DNA from: Prorocentrum cordatum
Lineage: Eukaryota
NCBI GenBank assembly: GCA_963575745.1
Contig: CAUYUJ010000002.1
Span: 1,178,001 to 1,242,000 of the forward strand
Direction: 5' to 3'
DNA length: 64,000 nucleotides
The translations under genes and the position numbers were made by a program. How positions within the stretch are numbered: the stretch's first letter is position 1; the number at the start of each line of letters is the position of its first letter. Below the pieces are notes generated by a model. It was given only the letters and a program-made list of their open reading frames with translations. It was not told where the DNA came from and ran no database searches. Below, piece by piece: positions 36,931-45,596 of this stretch.

Positions 36931-38991
36931 GCTTTCTCCGTATATCTTGTTCCCACCTCTCCGTCCCTCTCCTGCTTCTCTGAACACCCTCATCGCCTCC
37001 CGAAGGCGAGGCGGCAAAAAAAAGAGTAGTAAGCAGTGGAGGGAGAGGATAAGGAAGAGCAGGAAGCGGAGAAAGAGGTGAACAAAAACATTAGGGGTTG
37101 ATTTGGGGCTTCACAGGGTCGTCCTGAGGTAATGCCAGATCAGATTGGGAGCCTCGTGCCCCAGCAACCCGCTGGGAATCGTCGTGAACCCTTTAGGATC
37201 GTCTTGGGGTGATATACGGGGCATGAGGAGGAGGAGCTTTGGGGTCGACCCATGATCAGCCACATGACTCCGCTGGCGTGGCGAGTGCCAGCGAGAAAAA
37301 GAGACAGGAGCGCAGCGGTGAAGGCACATCACTGCGCAGCAGCACGGCTCGGGCTGTCCACTATACAAGGACAGCAGACTGGGCGGCGAGGAAGAGCTAT
37401 ACAACCTGCAGCCGCCACCCGAGCAGGGTGCAACACGGGAGCCCACCGAAGGGGTCGTGATGCAGAGACCCAGAAAGCAACTACAGAGCAGAGTAGGCGG
37501 CGCCACACTCTACAGGCAGCAGCAAACGGATCCAGGAGCAGCAGACAGGAGGACCGATCGATCCACCCCGCACTCCAGGAAAGACACGGACCCACTGTAC
37601 AGGGTAGTGCGGACAGTGCACGGGAGCGTGCAGGTGAATCACGAACACGCCTCGAAAAAAGAACGAGAGAGGGCCCTCATCCAACAAGGGGCGCTCTCCG
37701 CGCCGTGCGCGGGGCAGGGGAGCAACGGTGCGAGGGTCACTAACGGCGCAACGCCGGGCAGTCCCCACTCGCACCGCGCCCCCCGCCCGCACCCGCCCAC
37801 TATTCAGGTGCCTCGGGCTCGGGCGCCTGCTGAGCATCGCAGGCACCCCGAGCTCCGAGAAAACAAGCGGCTCGAGGGGCTCGCCCGCCTTGGGATGCAG
37901 GCCCCTTCGAGCCAGCTCGAGCATCGACGCGATGGAGGCCAAGACAGCCCGCTGCACTTAAGGGGCCCTTAAGTGCAGCGGAGGAGGAGGATGAGGAGGC
38001 GGAGCAATGAGCAATGAGCAATGCGCGGGGGGTCCAAATGAGTTACTCGATCTCACACCATAAAACTGGCCGTGAACTCAGCGCAACCCGACTTCTTGGG
38101 GGAGCGGGTTAACCTTGAAAAGAGACAGGGGGAACCCCCTCTGGCAGGGCCAGCACAGCCCCTGAAGCGACGGCGAACCCCAGGCGCCGCGCAGGCGCAC
38201 GGAGGGGACCGTCTAGGGGACCGACGCACTGGGTCTACCGTGAGAATATTGCTTACCTTTTCCTCCTCTGCGTGGAGCCCGTTTAGCCGCCACTACTAAG
38301 GGGATCGGGGGAAGATCGGGATTCGAATATGTGTCGAAACTCGTGGCCTCAAAGGGGTCTGGGATGGCCCCTCGGGCCACTAAAGCTGCTAATCGTTCAC
38401 TACCTGCAAAGGCCCCTCTACTCAATAAACGTCTCTCACGGAGGCCCTCGCACTCACGCTCACGCGAACGACTCTTGTCGTTCCTTTTTCTCTTTTTTGT
38501 CCTCAGCTCTCCTGATCCTGATCCTTGTCCTTGCCACCGCCCTTCTCGAAGATCGCCAGGAGTGAGGAGGCGGAGGAGGAGGAGGAGGAGGAGGCGGAGG
38601 AGGACGAGGATGTTGAGACGACGCGCGCACTCTCAAGACATGAAGATCGACAGATGTCGCCCGTCGGGAGCCAACGTGGGGGCACTCCGGGGGCCCCCAG
38701 CACCCGGTGCCCACCGGGCCTCCACGGGCGGGCACCAGGCGAAACCTCTGAAGACCTCCTGGGTGGGGTCCGAATAGATGGGGACGAAGGGCCGCGCCGC
38801 ATCGCCAATGCAGTCGGGGCGTTGACCTGAGGAACCTGAAATAAGGAACGAGGCCCCTTGATCCCAAAAGTTAAGCTTCGATGTCCCATCGAAAACCTCA
38901 GGAACACCCAAGCCAAACTGTAAAACAATCAAGGAACACCGAGCCCCTCCCAAACGAGAAGGGTTCCTTCTTCTGCGCCCTGACTGTACTA

Positions 38992-39150
38992 GAGGGCAGA
39001 ATATCCACCCCGATCAAAACCACCCCGACATGCGAGGCCGTTTAGTAAACGCACCCGAAGAAGGAATCAAACGGGGCAGGGCTGTTCAGTCAACGCCCAA
39101 GGCCGCTTAGTAAACGCCAAGTGTCGGGTCCGGGTGGTTTCTTCTCCCTT
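38992..39150. mobile_element. ~160-bp MITE-like element family B, copy 1
   Basis: Collinear with 39746-39906; imperfect TIR GAGGGCAGAAWATCCACCC / GGGTGGTTTCTTCTCCCTT. Confidence 0.7.
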
Positions 39151-39745
39151 GAAATACATCGGCGATGCATCCCCGATGCATCGGCCATGCACTGGCGACG
39201 CCGGCGATACATCCGCGGCGTCGACGTGGCGAAACAGGGGCTCCACATCGAATCGCATCGTGGCTGCATCGGCGATGCGGCGCGATCCTGCGACCCCAGC
39301 TGCTCGGACCCCACCTGGGAGGTCCAGAACCTCGGCGTGCCCCCCAGCGCGAAGCGCGCAGACGGGCGGGCACCAGGCGAGACCACAGCACACACCCCCA
39401 GCGCGAGGCGCGCCCACGAGGCGCCCGCGGGCGGGCCACCGGCGCAGCCGCGGCGTGCCCCCATCCAGCGCGAAGCGCGCCCACGAGCGCCATCGAAGAA
39501 CGCAGGAGCCTCGCCGTGAATGCGCACGTCCCCGGGGGAAGCGACGGCGGAGGGGGGGGGGGTTAGTTACAGTCGGCCTTGATTAGACCGGACACGCGAA
39601 GAGGACACAGGACCCTTCCGAGGGCCACACTGCCATGGGGGATGTAGGAGGCATGGGTCGCGAGGCACAGGACACAAGGGTACCCAAGGGTACCCTTGAT
39701 TTGGCAGGGTCGACCGTCGACCTACTAATCAGGGCCGACTGTATA

Positions 39746-39906
39746 GAGGGCAGAAAATCCACCCCGATAATGACCACCCCGGTACGCGAAGTCGCTGTTA
39801 GTGAACGCACCCATAGAAGGAATCCAACAGGGCAGGGCTGTTTAGTCAACGCCCAGGGCCGTTTAGTAAACACCGATTGTCGGGTGCGGGTGGTTTCTTC
39901 TCCCTT
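39746..39906. mobile_element. MITE-like element family B, copy 2 (TA flanks)
   Basis: Collinear with 38992-39150. Confidence 0.7.
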
Positions 39907-40090
39907 TAAATCGAATAGAGACCGACCGCCCCGGCATTCCTAGACACCTACCAGAAGACTCTCTCAGGAAAGAGTGCTTGAATATTCTAAGACAAGAACC
40001 AGTGTTCTTCAAAACAAATGCCGACGTATTTAAGAACACGGTCCACGTCGGTCAGACCCCGACTCCCGACTCCCGGGCGCCCGACTACGG

Positions 40091-43000
40091 TTGGGCAAGC
40101 GTCATGTTCTCTTAACATTGCAATTGATGCACATGCATGATAAGGTGGAGGGGAGGGGGCAACACCAGAACCTTCACCCAACCCACACCCCTACGACTGA
40201 CAGTGGGAAATCTACTAGACAGGCAGGGGTGGGATATTTTGGGCAGAATTCAATCATGGTTGTGTTTGTGTTTGTGCTTGTGATGTTGCCTTTACACACA
40301 CGGGTACATAGACATGACCGGGTGCAGATTTCAACCTTACTCTGGATATGCATTGTCTTATGCACGGTACCTGGGGTAGGGGCTACAAGAAGCTCGATGG
40401 GCGAGCCACTTCAATACTTGCAGGGTCTCAATGATTATTATTTGGATCACATGTGTCATCAATTGGTTTACGACCGGATGCAGCTTCCAACCGTACTCTG
40501 GATATGCATTGTCTTATGCTTGGTTCCTGGGGTAGGGGCTACAAGTAGCTCGATGGGCGAGCCACTTCAATACTTGCAGGGTCTTTCAATACCTTGCTCT
40601 TGGTTTCACTACTACCGATTCTGGGTGATTTCAATTCTTCTGGTGGTGTGTGTGCGGGTGGCCCTTGGGTGTGGAGGGGCCCGACCTGCGCCACACGGCC
40701 CTTGGGACACGAACTTCCAGACCCTGGCCCTCCGAACCCCGAAGGGGTTCCGGAGGGAGGCGAGGAAGATTCGGAAGGCTCGGAAGAGGGGGGCTCGCAA
40801 GCGGGAGCCGTACGACGATGCACGAGCGGCCCGACGAGCAATCCAACGACTACGAGCAGTCCCACGAGCAATCCTACGAGCAGTCCTGCGGCTGTGGAGT
40901 GCGACCCAGCACAGCACAAGCAGTCCCACGACGACACAGCACAGCACAAGCAGTCCCACGACGACGCAGCACAGCACAAGCAGTCCCACTACGACGCAGC
41001 ACAACACAAGCAGTCCCACGACGACGCAGCACAGCACAAGCAGTCCCACGACGACACAGACCCACGACGACGCAGCACAGCACAAGCAGTCCCACGACGA
41101 CACAGCACAGCCACTCATCATGGATGCTGCCGACGGTTCGGGAGGGATTCAGAAGGACACCCAGCCGTTGCAAGTGGATGAGGATGGTGGTGCGGCCCAC
41201 GATATATGGGACATAATACATATACTTGTTGGTTTTATTGCCAAGGCCATCGCTGATCTATCGATGATGCATGCTTCTGTTCTTGGTAATCGTATCCGTA
41301 TATTTACCGATTGTGACGGAACAATTCTGCCAGATATTGCCGCTACGACGCCGTATGTTGTACTTCAGTTCTTCTTTGGGCTGGTGTCTTCTCCCACGAC
41401 GACGCAGCACAGCACAAGCAGTCCCACTACGACGCAGCACAGCACAAGCAGTCCCACGACGACGCAGCACAGCACAAGCAGTCCCACGACGACACAGCAC
41501 AGCACAAGCAGTCCCACGACGACACAGCACAGCAATAGCAGTCCCACGACGACGCAGCACGACACTGCACAGCACAAGCAGTCCCACGACGACACAGCAC
41601 AGCACCAGCAGTCCCACGACGACGCAGCACAGCACAAGCAGTCCCACTACGACGCAGCACAGCACAAGCAGACCCACGGCGACGCAGCACAGCACAAGCA
41701 GTCCCACGACGACACAGCACAGCCACTCATCATGGATGCTGCCGACGGTTCGGGAGGGATTCAGACGGACACCCAGCCGTTGCAAGTGGATGAGGATGGT
41801 GGTGCGGCCCACGGTATATGGGAAGTAATACATATATTTGTTGGTTTTCTTGCCAAGGCCATCGCTGATCTATCGATGATGCATGCTTCTGTTCTTGGTA
41901 ATCATATCAGTATATTTTCCGATTGTGACGGAACAATTATGCCAGATCTTGCCGCGGAGGCCGGCGCCAGTGGGCTATCGTACTCTCTGTGTGATGGACG
42001 ACTCGACTTTCGTGCCGGGACAAGGCGCGATGCGGGTCAAGGGGGCAGCCGAACCACCGCACGTCAGCGGAGAGAGAAGCAGATTGCATCCATCGTCTCC
42101 GCAATCCTCGCCAGTGACAAACCACCAACAAAGAAAAAGAAAAAGACAAAAACCCGAGGTTCACCGCCACGGACTGCCGCACCGGGACCAGCACCGGCGC
42201 AAGCACCAGCACCAGCGCCGACCACAAACACTAGCCTACTGACCATTCTGCAACAAGCGGTGGCACACGCACCCAAAAACACCAGCGATGAAGCAATCCT
42301 GGACCGACTAGAGGAGCTCCTCGCCGCTCGGAGGACCCAACCACCCACGACCACACCGCCGCGTAAGGGGCGATGGAGAAAAGATGCGGCCAACCAGAGC
42401 ACAGCCACAGGTCAACACTCACCAGACACTGGTTCCAACCAGCCAGCTCCGACCCGGAGGTGGAAAGTGGATGAACGACGTTTCCCTGGCAAGCAGTTCT
42501 CGGGGGCCACGCAGGTCCTAAACGCTCTCCGAGAAGGCCGGGCGCCCGACGGCGACGTTGTTGTGCTGAACGCGGTCCAGAAGCAGGAGGCGGTAGAACT
42601 GGCCCAAGTACACGGGGTACAGAAGAACATGACCGTAATTGTGTCTGACACACCTGACAACGACCAAACGACGGCAGCTAATGGCGACGACACATCCCAG
42701 TGGGTAGCGGTCGTCAAAGGAGGCCGGCCGAGCATGAAGAAACTGGAGTGCACCAACCTTCAAGGGGCCAAGATTGACGCACCGAAACACGAAGTGGAAG
42801 GCCCTGAGCCGCCTGCTGTACGTGCCACGACCACGGTACGTGTGACAATGGTCAAGGAATTCATGACAGACGCGCAATGGAAGACGGCCCGCCAGCGGCC
42901 CGGCGCCGTGGCGACGGGAGATCTCGATAAGGACGCCATCCTGGCAGCGGAAGCCTTCTCTGAGGTCCTCGAAGCAGGAAAATTGGTAGCCCTGATTGGG

Positions 43001-43387
43001 TCCCTCACGGTCGCCGCGGCTGGGCTGGCCCCAGTGCTCGCCGCTTCCGGAGCCCACGGCCGCTTCTACAGGGTGCTTGCGAAGGACCGCTCGGGCCCAG
43101 ACACACCAGTCCGCTGGATTAAACGGTTCGACGACGCGAGCCTCGAATACTATCGCCGTGTACAAGGTCTGGTGGCCTCAACGACCAATGCAACAATAGT
43201 CCTCCGGAATGGAGGAGGAAACAACCTTGGTGTGGTGGGAATCGACGTGGACGACGCGCAGGCAGTTACGACCCGACCAGCGGCATGGCGGATCCTACAC
43301 GTCCCACGTACATGGACAGCCCACGAACTCAAAACTTGGCTAGGAGCAGCCGGGTGGACAGAAGTACAGGTTGAATCGCCGCCATAG
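40091..43387 (+). CDS. LINE polyprotein part 1: hydrophobic segments, 10-aa repeats, ORF1-like region
   Basis: Open for 1098 codons and ends at a single TAG; the same frame continues without another stop into ORF 43508-45457. Start codon uncertain. Confidence 0.75.
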   Translation: MGKRHVLLTLQLMHMHDKVEGRGQHQNLHPTHTPTTDSGKSTRQAGVGYFGQNSIMVVFVFVLVMLPLHTRVHRHDRVQISTLLWICIVLCTVPGVGATRSSMGEPLQYLQGLNDYYLDHMCHQLVYDRMQLPTVLWICIVLCLVPGVGATSSSMGEPLQYLQGLSIPCSWFHYYRFWVISILLVVCVRVALGCGGARPAPHGPWDTNFQTLALRTPKGFRREARKIRKARKRGARKREPYDDARAARRAIQRLRAVPRAILRAVLRLWSATQHSTSSPTTTQHSTSSPTTTQHSTSSPTTTQHNTSSPTTTQHSTSSPTTTQTHDDAAQHKQSHDDTAQPLIMDAADGSGGIQKDTQPLQVDEDGGAAHDIWDIIHILVGFIAKAIADLSMMHASVLGNRIRIFTDCDGTILPDIAATTPYVVLQFFFGLVSSPTTTQHSTSSPTTTQHSTSSPTTTQHSTSSPTTTQHSTSSPTTTQHSNSSPTTTQHDTAQHKQSHDDTAQHQQSHDDAAQHKQSHYDAAQHKQTHGDAAQHKQSHDDTAQPLIMDAADGSGGIQTDTQPLQVDEDGGAAHGIWEVIHIFVGFLAKAIADLSMMHASVLGNHISIFSDCDGTIMPDLAAEAGASGLSYSLCDGRLDFRAGTRRDAGQGGSRTTARQRREKQIASIVSAILASDKPPTKKKKKTKTRGSPPRTAAPGPAPAQAPAPAPTTNTSLLTILQQAVAHAPKNTSDEAILDRLEELLAARRTQPPTTTPPRKGRWRKDAANQSTATGQHSPDTGSNQPAPTRRWKVDERRFPGKQFSGATQVLNALREGRAPDGDVVVLNAVQKQEAVELAQVHGVQKNMTVIVSDTPDNDQTTAANGDDTSQWVAVVKGGRPSMKKLECTNLQGAKIDAPKHEVEGPEPPAVRATTTVRVTMVKEFMTDAQWKTARQRPGAVATGDLDKDAILAAEAFSEVLEAGKLVALIGSLTVAAAGLAPVLAASGAHGRFYRVLAKDRSGPDTPVRWIKRFDDASLEYYRRVQGLVASTTNATIVLRNGGGNNLGVVGIDVDDAQAVTTRPAAWRILHVPRTWTAHELKTWLGAAGWTEVQVESPP
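40906..41722 (+). repeat. Two arrays of a 30-bp repeat (CAGCACAGCACAAGCAGTCCCACGACGACR) inside the LINE ORF
   Basis: Arrays at ~40906-41110 and ~41393-41722, each followed by a duplicated ~235-bp block (41111-41343 and ~41722-41955). Confidence 0.93.
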
Positions 43388-45457
43388 AGCAGGAACGGGC
43401 CATGGGTTGTACGGGCCCACCCACGCCGACCCGGAAGCGACACCACCGTCGACGCCTGGGCTATCACACTCAGAGGACAAGACCAAGCCATCCAGATTCA
43501 ACGCTTCGTGCGCGGCGCGGGAGGCCAGACAACACAACCAACGACGACTCGAAGATGGCGGTGGGGTGCCGACCCGCCCGCCCCACCCGCAGCACCCGAT
43601 GGCGTGGCAGTGCCTGGGGTGCACGACATGGACGTGGACTTGGACGCCGAATATATTACCGACAAACAGAAACGACAAGAACGGTACAACCAGGAGGACC
43701 TGGACCTCGACGGCCTAGCGGAGGAGACCCGGACCACTGAGAGGGCCAAGAGGACAGCCGCACGGGAGGCGGAAGACGCTAAAGTCCGTGACAGGATCAA
43801 GAAAGCCCGGGGTGAAGCAGCGGCTGCGCCGGCAGAGCTACCAGGGACTGCAGGCCCAGCAGCCGCGCCAGCAGCAAAAGCAGCGGCCAAGCCCGCCGCG
43901 AAGCCGCCGCCCAAGCGGAAGAACCCGTTCGAAGCCATCGACCCCGGTTCCAACGGAGGCGACTGCGGATACCGGGCCCTGGCTGCGGGTTGGGCTCTGC
44001 TCGGGGGAGTCGCCAAGGCCACGCGGGAGAACACGCTGAACCCCGCCAAGCTCGAGAGAATGGCGAAGACCCTACGAGCGCAACTTGCATTACGTATCAG
44101 CAACAACCATGAGTTCTTCCAACACTACTGGGCCCACGTACCCCTGGGGGAGGGGAAGGAAGACGGGGCTATTCCGACCACCTGGGAGGAGTACGTCGCA
44201 GCGTGTAAAAGACCGAAGCGGTGGATCGACGGGCTGTCCTACCAGGCGGCATGTGACCATTTCAACCGACACATATACACATACACAGGGGTGGGTGCTC
44301 AGCTCAACGACGTCAATTGGGTAGACAAGGTAACTTGGATCCCACAGTCTCCGGACGCACAGCGAGCAGCACTACTGCAGCCTCCCCTACACGTGGGCCT
44401 GTGGAAAGACCACTGTTACATTTTACTGCCAGACGACGGCACCAGGCACAAAAAGGAGACCAAACGACCGAGCAAGGCACAGCTCGAGGAACGCATCCGC
44501 AAGATATGCCGACACGGTGGCTCTACACGGAAAGCAGACAAAGATTCCGACTCCGAGGACTCCTGGATGGCGACTTTGGCCCGGACACGGTCTTCGAGGA
44601 AGCGGAAGCAACCCGACACGCCGGACTCGTGGCTCGGCGACCTGGGGCCCACAGCGACTCCACGCACGACACGACGATCCACTCCTACCACGCCGCGCAC
44701 TACGCGGAGCGCAGCAGCGACTACGCCCAAAGCTACTCCGACCCGACGCTCGACGCCGAAGGGGGCCGCGAGTGGCAGCAAGGCGACACCGAAGGCCCGG
44801 GCCAGCGGCAGCAACAGCACCACCAGACCACCACCTCCCAAGAAAGCAATCACATGCACCGACGCAGCTACACGCCTAACGTGGACGTGCGGTTTGTGTG
44901 GCGACACGATCACGGCACCTGTCAACACCGTGCCCCACGCTGTGGGATGGAGTTGGAAAGGCAAGGGAAAGAAACATATCAGGAAGACACGGAAAGTCCA
45001 CCCGAACTACCACATCACACACGAGCGGGCGAAGCACCTACGGAAATGGCACCCTGGGGAAAACTGGCAGGACGCTGGTAACTACCGACCTTCAGCGGAA
45101 GTGCCGCTTCTGTCCCACGACGTGCCCGACGACAAGGTCGCATGGACGTGCCCAGTGTGCGACATCCGCCAGCCTTTCTCGAAAAACACAATTACGTACA
45201 AGAAGATCCGGCGGGAGCACCGGCTGAAGGAGCACCCCGAGTACGACGACCAACAATGGCGGTGCCTAGTGCTAAGGGCTACTCTGCTGAAGAAGTCGCC
45301 CGACGGCATGCTGGATACCCGAGGTCGGCGGGACAAGAGAGCCAAAAGCCAAGTAGTCCTGCCTCCACTGCCTGTCCACCAGGTCCGGCCTCGAGCAGAG
45401 CGGCTGCGCCGTAAGCGGGAGGCACGGGAGAGGAAGAAAGCAGCAGGGCGCTGCTGA
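43388..45457 (+). CDS. LINE polyprotein part 2: OTU-like cysteine protease and two C2H2-type zinc fingers
   Basis: GSNGGDCGYRALA (Cys loop), WEEYV...KRWIDGLSYQA (Trp motif), LHVGLWKDHCYIL (His loop) at ~43930-44430; WTCGLC...HLRKWH and WTCPVC...HRLKEH at ~44880-45240. Confidence 0.8.
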   Translation, partial: SRNGPWVVRAHPRRPGSDTTVDAWAITLRGQDQAIQIQRFVRGAGGQTTQPTTTRRWRWGADPPAPPAAPDGVAVPGVHDMDVDLDAEYITDKQKRQERYNQEDLDLDGLAEETRTTERAKRTAAREAEDAKVRDRIKKARGEAAAAPAELPGTAGPAAAPAAKAAAKPAAKPPPKRKNPFEAIDPGSNGGDCGYRALAAGWALLGGVAKATRENTLNPAKLERMAKTLRAQLALRISNNHEFFQHYWAHVPLGEGKEDGAIPTTWEEYVAACKRPKRWIDGLSYQAACDHFNRHIYTYTGVGAQLNDVNWVDKVTWIPQSPDAQRAALLQPPLHVGLWKDHCYILLPDDGTRHKKETKRPSKAQLEERIRKICRHGGSTRKADKDSDSEDSWMATLARTRSSRKRKQPDTPDSWLGDLGPTATPRTTRRSTPTTPRTTRSAAATTPKATPTRRSTPKGAASGSKATPKARASGSNSTTRPPPPKKAITCTDAATRLTWTCGLCGDTITAPVNTVPHAVGWSWKGKGKKHIRKTRKVHPNYHITHERAKHLRKWHPGENWQDAGNYRPSAEVPLLSHDVPDDKVAWTCPVCDIRQPFSKNTITYKKIRREHRLKEHPEYDDQQWRCLVLRATLLKKSPDGMLDTRGRRDKRAKSQVVLPPLPVHQVRPRAERLRRKREARERKKAAGRC

Positions 45458-45596
45458 GGCGGAGCCAACCGCCACGACGACCAATCCCACGTCCGTCCTC
45501 CCTCCCCCTCCCCCTCCTCCCTCCTTTCCCCTTTCTGCGGGATGTACCACGCCAGCCGGACTACAGAGGGCAGGCGCGACCAATACGCCAATAAAG

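Noticed and set aside
37750..37957. Possible tyrosine-recombinase C-terminal relic (QRAVLASIASMLEL)
   Set aside because: No catalytic H-x-x-R or Tyr visible; resemblance too weak.
40021..40105. HDV-like or hammerhead ribozyme at the LINE 5' end
   Set aside because: I could not place P3/L3 or a CUGANGA/GAAA core; it is reported only as an unclassified pseudoknot.
40655..40705. 2A-like/PGP motif (GGARPAPHGP) in the LINE N-terminus
   Set aside because: It does not match D-x-E-x-N-P-G-P.
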